Positions 1 to 8,900 of a stretch of 64,000 bases of DNA are shown here, piece by piece. The notes below the pieces were generated by a model, which worked only from the letters and a program-made list of their open reading frames with translations, did no database searches and was not told where the DNA came from. Both the position numbers and the translations under genes were made by a program. The stretch comes from Treponemataceae bacterium (GTDB lineage: Bacteria > Spirochaetota > Spirochaetia > Treponematales > Rectinemataceae): the NCBI GenBank assembly GCA_963678065.2, contig CAXXVZ010000003.1, positions 64,001-128,000 on the forward strand, read 5' to 3'. Position 1 is the stretch's first letter. Each line of letters begins with the position of its first letter.

Positions 1-1
1 T

Positions 2-832
2 CCGGGATTCCTCTGCGCCGTGGCCGAGGCCATCAACCGCGGCCACGCGGGTTTTCCCCTTCCTCTTGTCCGGAGCAGGGCCGAGTCCGGGGAGCTTTTC
101 GATGAGCCCCTCGTCATCCCGCGCGACGACCTACGCGCGGCGCGACTCTGGGCTCGCCTGTCCCGGAGGGCGGGAGAGGCGGCTCTTCTCACTTGCTTCG
201 AGGCTTTCTGTTCCGATCTTGCGGGGAAGGAACCAGCGATCTGCCAGGTTCTCGTCAGAATGCTGAAGGAGGGAGGGATCGTGCTCGACGATCTCTCCTG
301 TCCCCATGTCGGCCTTGTGGAAAAAGCCGCTATCAGGACCTGCGCCCAGGTCCGTCTCGTGACAGGTCTCCTGCGCTTCGCGGAACTCGTGGACGGATCC
401 TGGTATGCCGGGATCGAGCCTGAATGCAACATCCTCACCCTGATCGCCGATCACTTCGCCGTCCGCTTCCCTGCCATGAGCTTTGCCATACACGACAGGA
501 AACGGGGAGAGGCCATCCTCCACCATCCGGGGAAGCCCTGGCGCCTTGTCTCTGGCTTTTCCATTGGCCTCCCCGCTGGCATCCCTTCTGGTTTTCTCCC
601 CGATGGCAGCGCTCAGGAGGCCTTCTCCGACGCGAATCTCCCCCTCTCCGCGGAAGAGACGATGCTCCGCACGAGCTGGGCCCACTACTTCTCCTCGGTT
701 GTAATAAAGGAGAGGACGAATTTCCGCCTCCAGGCCAGTCGCATGCCGAAAAAGTACTGGAAAGACCTGCCCGAAATGCAGGTGCCGCCTGGGCATCAAG
801 CCCTGTGTTCGACCATCTCGCTCGTCGAGTAG
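2..832 (+). CDS. DUF4130/TIGR03915-type putative DNA metabolism protein (probably 5'-partial)
   Basis: GLLRF..., HFAVRF, IHDRKR and C-terminal ERTNFRLQASRMPKKYWKDLPEM motifs; frame open to the window edge. Confidence 0.75.
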   Translation, partial: PGFLCAVAEAINRGHAGFPLPLVRSRAESGELFDEPLVIPRDDLRAARLWARLSRRAGEAALLTCFEAFCSDLAGKEPAICQVLVRMLKEGGIVLDDLSCPHVGLVEKAAIRTCAQVRLVTGLLRFAELVDGSWYAGIEPECNILTLIADHFAVRFPAMSFAIHDRKRGEAILHHPGKPWRLVSGFSIGLPAGIPSGFLPDGSAQEAFSDANLPLSAEETMLRTSWAHYFSSVVIKERTNFRLQASRMPKKYWKDLPEMQVPPGHQALCSTISLVE

Positions 833-2397
833 AACCTGATGGCCGGATAGCGCTTGCGGAAATAGTCGAGGGCCCAGGGACCCTCCGTCATGAACACGAA
901 GTTCTCCCGTATATCGACGAGAACCTTGCGCATATTCTCCTCGACGAAGGTATCCAGGTCCTCCGGATCGTCGGCCGTCACCCAGTGCGCCATCGTGAAC
1001 TCGAGGGGCTCGTAGGCGCAACTCGCGCCATATTCGTGCTCGAGGCGGTACTGCAGCACTTCCAGCTGGAGCTGACCGACAACGCCGAGAACGCGCGCGT
1101 TCGGCCGGTGCGGCCGGGAGAAAATCTGCGCCACACCTTCCTCGGCGAGCTGATTGAGACCCTTGGTGTACTGTTTTTCTTTCAGTGGATTCGTGTTCAC
1201 GATGGCGCGGAAAATCTGCGGCGCGAAGCTCGGGATGCCCTTGAACGACAGTCCTTCGCCTTCCGTGAGCGTGTCGCCGATCTTGAAGGTCCCCGTATCA
1301 TGCAGACCGATGATGTCGCCCGGCCAGGCCTCGTCGATGATGTCGCGGTCCTGCGCCATGAAGGCCGTGGGGTTCGAAGTCCGGAAAGGCGTTCCCGACC
1401 TGACGTGGTAGTAGGTTTTGTTCCGCTCGAATTTCCCCGAACAGATGCGGAAAAAGGCGACGCGGTCTCTGTGCTTCGGGTCGAGGTTCGCGTGGATTTT
1501 GAATACGAAGCCCGTCATCTTCGGCTCTTCCGGATAGACCTCGCGCTCGTCGGAGGATTTCGGGGTGGGGTAGGGCGCGAGGGCGACGAGTTTGTCCAGA
1601 AGCTCCCGCACGCCGAAGTTGTTGGACGCCGAACCGAAAAACACCGGGGTGATCTTCCCCTCGAAGTATTCTTCCGCGTCGAAGGGCGGGTAGATCTCCG
1701 AGAGAAGGGCCGCGTCTTCCCTGAGCCGGGCAGCGAGGCTGGAGCCGACGTGGCGGTCGAGCTCGGGATCGGAGAGCTCGGAGATATCGACGGTCTCGAC
1801 CGGCTTCGTGACTTCCCCCGGATGGAAGAGGTGGAGGGTCCTGTCGACGAGGTTGTACACGCCCTTGAAAGCCCTTCCCTGGCCGATGGGCCAGGTGACA
1901 GGTCTCACCTCCACGGCGAGCTCCCGCTCAACCTCGTCCAGAAGCTCGATGGGGTCCTTCCCTTCGCGGTCGAGCTTGTTGATGAAGGTCATGATGGGGG
2001 TGGAGCGCATGCGGCAGACCACGCAGAGCTTGCGCGTTCTCTCCTCGACACCCTTCACGGAGTCGATGACCATGAGGGCCGAGTCGACTGCGGAGAGACC
2101 GCGGTACGTGTCCTCAGAGAAATCGGCGTGCCCCGGCGTGTCGAGAAGGTTGATCTTGCGCCCGCCGTACTCGAATCCCATGACCGAAGAGCTGATCGAG
2201 ATGCCGCGCTCCTTCTCCATCTGCATGAAGTCGGAGACGGCAGCTCTCGTGTTTTTTCCGCTCTTGACGGCGCCGGCGATGTGTATCGCCCCTCCGAAGA
2301 GAAGGAGTTTCTCGGTGATCGTCGTTTTTCCCGCGTCAGGGTGAGAGATGATCGCGAAAGTCAATCGCTTCTGAATTTCCTGGCTGAGTTCGGTCAT
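796..2397 (-). CDS. prfC: Peptide chain release factor 3
   Basis: TFAIISHPDAGKTTITEKLLL, DTPGHADFSEDTYR, NKLD, VGQLQLEV. Confidence 0.97.
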   Translation of the reverse strand: MTELSQEIQKRLTFAIISHPDAGKTTITEKLLLFGGAIHIAGAVKSGKNTRAAVSDFMQMEKERGISISSSVMGFEYGGRKINLLDTPGHADFSEDTYRGLSAVDSALMVIDSVKGVEERTRKLCVVCRMRSTPIMTFINKLDREGKDPIELLDEVERELAVEVRPVTWPIGQGRAFKGVYNLVDRTLHLFHPGEVTKPVETVDISELSDPELDRHVGSSLAARLREDAALLSEIYPPFDAEEYFEGKITPVFFGSASNNFGVRELLDKLVALAPYPTPKSSDEREVYPEEPKMTGFVFKIHANLDPKHRDRVAFFRICSGKFERNKTYYHVRSGTPFRTSNPTAFMAQDRDIIDEAWPGDIIGLHDTGTFKIGDTLTEGEGLSFKGIPSFAPQIFRAIVNTNPLKEKQYTKGLNQLAEEGVAQIFSRPHRPNARVLGVVGQLQLEVLQYRLEHEYGASCAYEPLEFTMAHWVTADDPEDLDTFVEENMRKVLVDIRENFVFMTEGPWALDYFRKRYPAIRFYSTSEMVEHRA

Positions 2398-2452
2398 GGC
2401 GGTCAAAACTACCCCGATCGGGGCTTTTGGGCAATAGGAAGAACGAAGGGGC

Positions 2453-2481
2453 TTGCTATTATCGTAAAAATACGATATAGT
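2453..2481 (+). promoter_or_regulatory. Sigma-70 promoter overlapped by a palindromic operator (probable ArsR-type site)
   Basis: TTGCTA(2453)-17 bp-TATAGT(2476); ATCGTA-AAAA-TACGAT lies in the spacer; ATG follows 6 nt after the -10 with no RBS. Confidence 0.7.
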
Positions 2482-2487
2482 GTAGAT

Positions 2488-2838
2488 ATGAAAGAACAGT
2501 CAGAGCATCAAAACATCCGGAGCTTCCGGCCAATCCCCCGCGCGTGCTGCACGCTCGACATAGACGGGGACGAACAGGCCCGGTTTGTCAGGATGTTGAA
2601 AGCCCTCGGCAATCCCGTGCGCTTTGAGATCGTCAAGTTTCTCGTAACCCATCCTGGATGCATCACGGGCGAAATCGTGGATTCTTTGCCCTTGGCTCAG
2701 GCGACGGTTTCCCAGCATCTCAAGGTGCTGCGCGGAGCCGGATGGATATCGGGCGAAATCGAAGGGCCGGCCGTCTGCTACAGCCTGGACAGCGACACTA
2801 TCGCCTGGTTCCGTTCGGTCGTCCAGCGCATTCTCTGA
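2488..2838 (+). CDS. ArsR/SmtB-family metalloregulator
   Basis: KALGNPVRFEI..., LPLAQATVSQHLKVL HTH; Cys residues RACC, PGCI, AVCY. Confidence 0.9.
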   Translation: MKEQSEHQNIRSFRPIPRACCTLDIDGDEQARFVRMLKALGNPVRFEIVKFLVTHPGCITGEIVDSLPLAQATVSQHLKVLRGAGWISGEIEGPAVCYSLDSDTIAWFRSVVQRIL

Positions 2839-2924
2839 AGGCGCTCAGCAGGCCTGGACTGAGAGCTCGCGCCGTTCCAGAACCATGAGTCCGTCGATTG
2901 TAAGCGGGCGATTTTTAAACGAGT

Positions 2925-2946
2925 TATTATCGTAAAAATACGATAA
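2925..2946 (+). promoter_or_regulatory. Second copy of the same operator, upstream of the permease
   Basis: TATTATCGTAAAAATACGATA is identical to 2457-2477 and abuts the AAGGA RBS. Confidence 0.75.
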
Positions 2947-2956
2947 AGGAGTGAAT

Positions 2957-4057
2957 ATGTACGATTTTCTCGCTTTCGCCCTTCCCCTCATGGGGAAGAA
3001 TTTTCTCCACGTTCTTCCGCTCATTCTCGTCACCGTACCGCTGGCCCAGTGGCTCAAGCGATCGGGCCTTTCCTCTCGTTTCGTTCCGGCGCTGAGATCG
3101 AGGCCGATGATGGCGATTCTTCTCGCCACGATCGCGGGTGCATTTTCGCCGCTCTGTTCCTGCGGAGTCATCCCCGTCATCGCGGGCTTCCTCAGCGCGG
3201 GAATGCCTCTCGGACCGGTCATGGCCTTCTGGATAGCTTCTCCGTCCATGGACCCGGAAATATTCGTGCTTTCGGCCGGAGTTCTCGGCCTGCCCCTCGC
3301 CATCGGGCGCCTGGCCGCGACGACACTGCTGAGCCTCGCTGCGGGCTTTGGGGCGCATTATCTCGAAAAAAAAGGTATTTTCGGAGCGGAAGGCTTGCGG
3401 ATTCCCGGCGGAAACCGTGAAGTCGCGAACGCCGACTCAGGCGGGCTTAAAGTTGCCGGCAGCTGCTGTGCCGCCGCCGGGCCGACTCTGTCACCGCAAT
3501 CGCCGAGAGGAGCTCAGGCATTGAAGACCTGCTCCTGCTCCCTTCCGCAGACGCGCGACTGCAGTCCTGCAGATTCCGGAAACGGAAAGAGCATCCCTGC
3601 GGGCGAACCTGAAGGTGAAACGGGCTCGCGGTCCAGGCTCGTGGGGATCGCGGTCGATTCCCTGAAGGAACTTCCATCGCTGATGGCGATCATGCTCCTG
3701 GCTTTTTTCCTCGAGACGGTCATCGTCAAATTCCTTCCCGCCAACCTGGTCTCATCCGTCGCGGGATCGGAGTCGCGTCTGGGCGTCCTGTTCGCCGCAG
3801 CCATCGGCGTGCCTCTCTACGTGACCAACCTCGCCGCCCTCGGCATAGTCCGGGGACTCCTGGAGAGCGGGATGTCGGGCGGCGCAGCCCTTGCCTTCCT
3901 CGTCGGCGGCGCGGCGACGACGATCCCCGCGATGACCGCGGTGTGGGTCCTCGTCAAGCCGAGGATCTTTGTCTACTACGTCGCGACAATCTTCGCAGGA
4001 GCGCTCGTCGCGGGATACGGGTGGAACATTCTGGCCGCCGTGATCAACCTTCGATGA
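2957..4057 (+). CDS. ArsP/DUF318-family permease
   Basis: GAFSPLCSCGVIP, AFWIASPSMDP, GVPLY motifs; hydrophobic halves joined by a Cys-rich linker. Confidence 0.85.
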   Translation: MYDFLAFALPLMGKNFLHVLPLILVTVPLAQWLKRSGLSSRFVPALRSRPMMAILLATIAGAFSPLCSCGVIPVIAGFLSAGMPLGPVMAFWIASPSMDPEIFVLSAGVLGLPLAIGRLAATTLLSLAAGFGAHYLEKKGIFGAEGLRIPGGNREVANADSGGLKVAGSCCAAAGPTLSPQSPRGAQALKTCSCSLPQTRDCSPADSGNGKSIPAGEPEGETGSRSRLVGIAVDSLKELPSLMAIMLLAFFLETVIVKFLPANLVSSVAGSESRLGVLFAAAIGVPLYVTNLAALGIVRGLLESGMSGGAALAFLVGGAATTIPAMTAVWVLVKPRIFVYYVATIFAGALVAGYGWNILAAVINLR

Positions 4058-4074
4058 TGATGCGCGGCCTCGTC

Positions 4075-4389
4075 TCATCGTTGACCAGCCAGCGAGGTCT
4101 CGAGTCGGGCCAGCCGGTCCTCGAGCCTATCGAGCGCATCCGGCAGGGCTTTTTCGCTTTTGGCCCGGGAGCACAGGGCGGGATTGTTCACCCACCAGTC
4201 CATGCCCATTTCCTTGGCCTTATCCACCGAGCAGATAACCAGGCGAATCTGGATCGTCAGCAACTCGACATCGACAAGGTTGATCCTGATATCGCCTGCG
4301 ATGACGATGCCCTTGTCCAGAACCCGCTCGAGAAGGTCCGCCAGGTTCGTGCTTCCCACGGAATTCGTGACTCTGCGTGTTTCTGCCAT
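4075..4389 (-). CDS. gvpJ: Gas vesicle protein GvpJ (GvpA family)
   Basis: NLADLLERVLDKGIVIAGDIRINLVDVELLTIQIRLVICSVDKAKEMGMDWW. Confidence 0.92.
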   Translation of the reverse strand: MAETRRVTNSVGSTNLADLLERVLDKGIVIAGDIRINLVDVELLTIQIRLVICSVDKAKEMGMDWWVNNPALCSRAKSEKALPDALDRLEDRLARLETSLAGQR

Positions 4390-4403
4390 TTTTCATCTCC
4401 CAT

Positions 4404-4781
4404 TTATAGAAGTTTTCCCAGAGGGCCCAAGTCCAGATTCAAATCTTCATCCTCGAGACCGAACTCGCCGGCGATCCTGGTGAGCACCTCGGATTGTTGC
4501 ATGAGGGTCAGTCCGAGTCGCTCGATCTCGGCATCCGTGAGATCGCCCCCGTCGATCCTCCGGAGCGCCTGTTTTTCCAGGAGTTCGTGGAGGAGCTTGA
4601 CCACTGTCAGGACCAGTTGAGCCAAGCCGTCCTTCTTTTTTTCATGATCCATATCCAGACGGCGGGGCGGCAACAGCGCGCTGCCTGCCGTCATTGTTTT
4701 GGCAAAGTCTCCTATAGCGGGAGAATCCACCATCGATTCGACTGCGGGATACGCTAAAGAATCATCGCTGATGTTCATCAT
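4404..4781 (-). CDS. gvpK: Gas vesicle protein GvpK
   Basis: GLAQLVLTVVKLLHELLEKQALRR...EIERLG...LNLDLGPLGKLL. Confidence 0.93.
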   Translation of the reverse strand: MMNISDDSLAYPAVESMVDSPAIGDFAKTMTAGSALLPPRRLDMDHEKKKDGLAQLVLTVVKLLHELLEKQALRRIDGGDLTDAEIERLGLTLMQQSEVLTRIAGEFGLEDEDLNLDLGPLGKLL

Positions 4782-4969
4782 GTCTGGCTTTTTCCCTTCC
4801 TGGCTGTTTCCACGGAGGATACGATCACCTGCAAGCTCAGATAGATCAGATCGATATCGGCAACGGAAATTATTGCCTCACCGACAATTACAGCGCCTTT
4901 GTTGAGAATCCGGTCCAGGGCCTCGCAGAGGCTCACATGTTCTTTTTCAAGGGCGAAGTCATCGGGCAT
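4778..4969 (-). CDS. Small GvpA-family protein (GvpS/GvpA2-like)
   Basis: SLCEALDRILNKGAVIVGEAIISVADIDLIYLSL; GGAGG RBS before MPDD. Confidence 0.85.
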   Translation of the reverse strand: MPDDFALEKEHVSLCEALDRILNKGAVIVGEAIISVADIDLIYLSLQVIVSSVETARKGKSQT

Positions 4970-5010
4970 GCTGCCCCCTCCGGCTGGAGTGCGTTCCACA
5001 ATTCATCATT

Positions 5011-6984
5011 CTATCCATGCCGGTAACCCTCCGTTCCCGCTATCCCGCCTGCGTTGCCGGTCATATACAGGAGTTGCCCGAGGGCCGTGAGCTCTGCTAT
5101 TCCCCGGGGGTCGCTTTGTCGGTACACGAGCGTCTGCGAAGTGCCGGGGAAGGCCGCCGCAAAGCGTTCTTTGACAAGCGACTCCCGGCGGAAAATGCAG
5201 GAGCACAGAGGATCGGCGCTCTCCGGCGTCGCCAGATTCAGGAACAGGCAGGAGACCGGAACAGCCAGACGCTTGCATGCGGCCAGCAGATCTTGCGTCT
5301 CCGCAAAGGACATCTCCGTGAGAATGCTGACGGCATACAGGGCCGCCTTGGAGGGGTCATGCAGCATCGCCCGGAGGCGTTTCAGATCTTTGGAAATTTG
5401 GACAAGGCGATTGGTTATTTTCGGCAGCCGGAAAATATCCCGATATTTCAGGAAGAGACCGAATACCACCTTCAGCCACTGCTCGATGATTTCGGGGAGT
5501 TCCAGGAGTCTTATCAGATGCCCTGTCGGCGCGGCATCCAGGACCAGCGCGTCGAAGCGGTCCTCGGCAAGGAAATCCATCACCGATGTCAGCGCCATGA
5601 GCTCGTCTATCCCTGGCGGGGATAGGTCCATGAGCCGCTCGATGACTTCCCGATCATATGTCATGTCGAGGTTAGGCATGATTTTGGTCAGAAACTGTTT
5701 TATTTCACGGCGGTACTGATTTTTCAGCGAGGCGAATTCCGCCCCGGCATCCACTTCCATGGCCCATAGTCCTGGCGTTACCGGCGTCGGTTCGGAGCCG
5801 ATGCTCATGTCGAGGCAATCTGACAGGGAATGTGCCGGATCGGCGGAAAAAAGGAGAATCTTTTTTCCGCCATATGCCTGTGTCAGGCGCAGGGCCGTGG
5901 CGCAGGCCAAGGTAGTCTTTCCGACCCCACCTTTTCCCGCGAAGACGAGCAGAGACGACTCAGGCGGTGGCAAGGCGATGGAGCCGGCTACCCGCGGCGG
6001 GATCGAGGGCAGGGATGGCTGGTCTTCCGAGGCGCGCGCAGATAGCGGATCGAGCCCCTTCCAGAAGGATAGAAGGCCTTCCAGCCCCTTGATTTCCTCC
6101 GGATACATAGGGATTCCCCAGAGGCCTACGCCGGAGAAGAGCTTCTCGCGGAAGAGACGGGAAAGTTCCACCATCTGCCGGGAGCGAATATCCCTGCACA
6201 GGGTACACTGACTTTCCGGATAAAGCCGGTTGACCACGATATCCGCGATCCTGATGCCAAGGTGTTTCAGTTCACGGATCAGATCCAGTGTCTCTTCCAC
6301 GCTCAAGGCCTCGGCCAGCATCACGGGAACGAAACGGCAGCGTTGAGGGTCCTTGAGCAGGCTCTGCATCTGTTTGGCGTCGGATGTAAGTCCGGCGATG
6401 AATCGATCGAGATCGTCCTCCTGATAAGAGCCATGGAACAGCCTCTTCATATAGCGGTACTTGGCCAGAAGAGTATCCAGCGCTTCCAGCCACTTTTCCA
6501 TCAGGTCAGGCATCTCCAGGAGCCGCAGAGTGTGGCCGGTCGGAGCCGTATCCACGATGATCTCGGCATAAGTCCCGGCCGCAACCCACCGACTGATTTC
6601 CAGAAAACTCATAATCTCATCCATGCCGGGAAGGGAGAGCTCCAGGAACCGGTTGATATCCTCTTCATCCAGGAACGTTCCCCGTGAGGCGATCTCCATG
6701 AGTCTCTGCCGGTTCTTTTCTTTGAAGGAGAGAAGGCAGGCTTGGGTATCCAATTCTTCAACTTTCAGATTTTTCGGCAGCTCGGCCCCGGCGAAACTGT
6801 CCTGGAGGGAATGTGCCGGATCGGTGGAAACGAGGAGAATGGAACGATCAGGATGCCGGGTGGCGATGTCCAAGGCCGTCGCCGCGGAGGCAGTAGTCTT
6901 GCCCACACCGCCCTTTCCGCTGAAGAGCACGAGTTGCCAGCGCTCCGCGGTCAGAAAGCCCGGGGCTTCCCGGTGGTTTTTCAT
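5011..6984 (-). CDS. Tandem-domain ArsA/Get3-family ATPase
   Basis: Two GKGGVGKTT P-loops, two (T/A)DPAHSL and two D(T/A)APTGH motifs; start taken at MKNHRE. Confidence 0.9.
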   Translation of the reverse strand: MKNHREAPGFLTAERWQLVLFSGKGGVGKTTASAATALDIATRHPDRSILLVSTDPAHSLQDSFAGAELPKNLKVEELDTQACLLSFKEKNRQRLMEIASRGTFLDEEDINRFLELSLPGMDEIMSFLEISRWVAAGTYAEIIVDTAPTGHTLRLLEMPDLMEKWLEALDTLLAKYRYMKRLFHGSYQEDDLDRFIAGLTSDAKQMQSLLKDPQRCRFVPVMLAEALSVEETLDLIRELKHLGIRIADIVVNRLYPESQCTLCRDIRSRQMVELSRLFREKLFSGVGLWGIPMYPEEIKGLEGLLSFWKGLDPLSARASEDQPSLPSIPPRVAGSIALPPPESSLLVFAGKGGVGKTTLACATALRLTQAYGGKKILLFSADPAHSLSDCLDMSIGSEPTPVTPGLWAMEVDAGAEFASLKNQYRREIKQFLTKIMPNLDMTYDREVIERLMDLSPPGIDELMALTSVMDFLAEDRFDALVLDAAPTGHLIRLLELPEIIEQWLKVVFGLFLKYRDIFRLPKITNRLVQISKDLKRLRAMLHDPSKAALYAVSILTEMSFAETQDLLAACKRLAVPVSCLFLNLATPESADPLCSCIFRRESLVKERFAAAFPGTSQTLVYRQSDPRGIAELTALGQLLYMTGNAGGIAGTEGYRHG

Positions 6985-7061
6985 GACTCTGCCCGTCCTT
7001 TGGTAGTTCTTTCGCCGCACACTCAGCCGCTCGGATTGCGGGCCTTTCTCAAGCCCCTCTC

Positions 7062-7310
7062 CTATTCTTCCTCCCCATCGGCGGACTCTCCCTTCAGGGC
7101 ATCGAGGCGGTCGAGAAGCACCTTTTCCGCCGCGTCGAATTCCGCTTCCGTCATCTGTCCCGTCTCCAGCATCATGTAGAGTTCGCCGAGCTTGGCCGTG
7201 ATGGCCTCCGGTTCGGCCTCCAAGTCCTTCTCCACGGCATTGTCGATCTCGCGAAAGATCCACATGAGGCTTCGGAAGGGAAACAGGAGGAGATCATCGA
7301 CTAGGAGCAT
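7062..7310 (-). CDS. gvpG: Gas vesicle protein GvpG
   Basis: LLLFPFRSLMWIFREI...LETGQMTEAEFDAAEKVLLDRL. Confidence 0.9.
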   Translation of the reverse strand: MLLVDDLLLFPFRSLMWIFREIDNAVEKDLEAEPEAITAKLGELYMMLETGQMTEAEFDAAEKVLLDRLDALKGESADGEEE

Positions 7311-7361
7311 CTGTCCACCGCCTATTTCGCCACGATCATTCGCGATCCGTCCCTGGATGTT

Positions 7362-8120
7362 TCAGAGAGCCAGTTCGACATCCACGAAGTTGTGCGGAGC
7401 CCAAGGACCATTGAAATCGAACGTGAAATTGTTGTCGAACTCCTGCGCCGCTGAGCATATGGCGGTTTCGAAATTTTTCTCGATGTTCTGTCGGGACACG
7501 AGACAGGCGAGGTTCATGACCTCTTTTTCGCCGTGGGGGGGGATTCTCTTGATTTCTGCGCAGCAGGACTTCAGGCTCGTCTCCACTTTTTCCGTATGTT
7601 CCTCGCGGTCTTCCTTGAGAAGCCGATCGAAGAGTCTCCCTACCTCGATCTTGTCTTCCTGGGTAGGAGCATGGCGACCGCCAAAGAGCTGATCGCGCGC
7701 CGCCCGCAGTTCGGCGTGGGTGTTGACGAAATACTCGAAGATATTGGGGACATCCCACGCGACCCGTACCCCCATCTCTGCCTTGCCATGAACTCGCTGA
7801 ATCTGTTTGGTAAAGGATTTCCGGTTGAGGGACAGAATCCGCCGGATTTCCTTGTCGCTCTCGGCGATCACGCCAAAACTGATGGGCAAGGGGGAATCCT
7901 CCACCATGAGGCGCTTGAGGACGGTTTGATGAGCGGCGATATGGCGGCGCTCCGGGCGGATCTTCCCGTTGCTGAAATCGCTGACCACAGCGGCGACGTG
8001 GTCGTCCGGGATGAGATAAACCCGCGCCCCATCGATGCCGATCTCGCCGTATTCGCGATTCTCTCTCGCCGGAATGACCGCGTAAAGATACTTTCCCGTT
8101 TGTGTTGTCGTGCTGGCCAT
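7362..8120 (-). CDS. gvpF: GvpF/GvpL-family protein (GvpF1-like)
   Basis: YLYAVI, AHQTVL, LPISFG, NLACLV, GPWAPHNFV. Confidence 0.9.
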   Translation of the reverse strand: MASTTTQTGKYLYAVIPARENREYGEIGIDGARVYLIPDDHVAAVVSDFSNGKIRPERRHIAAHQTVLKRLMVEDSPLPISFGVIAESDKEIRRILSLNRKSFTKQIQRVHGKAEMGVRVAWDVPNIFEYFVNTHAELRAARDQLFGGRHAPTQEDKIEVGRLFDRLLKEDREEHTEKVETSLKSCCAEIKRIPPHGEKEVMNLACLVSRQNIEKNFETAICSAAQEFDNNFTFDFNGPWAPHNFVDVELAL

Positions 8121-8140
8121 ATCGCGTTCTCCCTGATGTC

Positions 8141-8338
8141 TCATGCCACGGGCTTGTTCTTCCCGCCAGTGACGGAACGGCTTTTCCGTTCCGTGAGCTT
8201 CGCTGACTTGACGCGTCCCTCACTCAGCTTGACCTCCACAGTGGCGTTGCAGGCGTAGCACTTGATTTCGCCTTCGTAATCGCTGTAGGACTCATCGAGG
8301 TCGATGTTGTGACCGCAGGATAAACAGTTGATTTTCAT
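8141..8338 (-). CDS. Small zinc-ribbon protein
   Basis: CLSCG...CYAC; 65 aa; in operon orientation. Confidence 0.7.
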   Translation of the reverse strand: MKINCLSCGHNIDLDESYSDYEGEIKCYACNATVEVKLSEGRVKSAKLTERKSRSVTGGKNKPVA

Positions 8339-8562
8339 ATGTACTTCTCTTCCCTTACGAGATTGCTCCACGCCTGATGTTCCGCCCACAGTCGGACGAG
8401 CCAGTCCAGACGGAGCCGTCGGTTGACCAAGTCCACGTACGCCTGGTTGACGCGCCGCGCCTCTCTACGGCCCGCGAAAAAACCCGTGTGGGTTCTCAAG
8501 GCCATGTGGCCCTTCCTGTGACGATTCGTGGGAATGTGATGTGAATCGTAGATTGTCAGCAT
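8335..8562 (-). CDS. Hypothetical small protein
   Basis: GGAGG RBS; ATGA stop/start overlap with the next gene; fills the operon gap; no recognised motif. Confidence 0.4.
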   Translation of the reverse strand: MLTIYDSHHIPTNRHRKGHMALRTHTGFFAGRREARRVNQAYVDLVNRRLRLDWLVRLWAEHQAWSNLVREEKYI

Positions 8563-8576
8563 CAGGGCCTCCCCTA

Positions 8577-8900
8577 TCAGTACCTGATTTTGAACGGTCC
8601 GGTACTCGCGCGCGGCGCTCCCGTCGGCCCGATCGACTTTCGCCTGCATGGCGGCGAGGCGCCGTGCGGCTCCAGAGATTGGAGGGTCTGCGCTTTTTCC
8701 GCCTCGATCTCCTGGAAGCGCTGATCGATAATCCGCAACCTCTCCAAGGCGGTTGTCTTTTCCTTGTTCCGGCGATACTTTTCCATCTCGAGAATGCTGA
8801 GCTTCATATAGGCCTTGTACGGTGTGGCAAAATCATCCACCCGTCCCGACAAAGTCTTGATGTTCTGCAGACCCCTCACGACCTTTTTCGTCGCCGGCAT
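8577..8900 (-). CDS. gvpV: GvpV-like protein
   Basis: Follows gvpN; IKTLSGRV, LEMEKYRR and C-terminal KIRY resemble Serratia GvpV as I recall it. Confidence 0.75.
   Translation of the reverse strand: MPATKKVVRGLQNIKTLSGRVDDFATPYKAYMKLSILEMEKYRRNKEKTTALERLRIIDQRFQEIEAEKAQTLQSLEPHGASPPCRRKSIGPTGAPRASTGPFKIRY

Noticed and set aside
424..2487. 804-aa plus-strand ORF
   Set aside because: Antisense shadow of prfC; only 2488-2838 is a real gene.
6985..7263. N-terminal extension of the ArsA ORF
   Set aside because: Overlaps gvpG in another frame; homology begins after MKNHRE.
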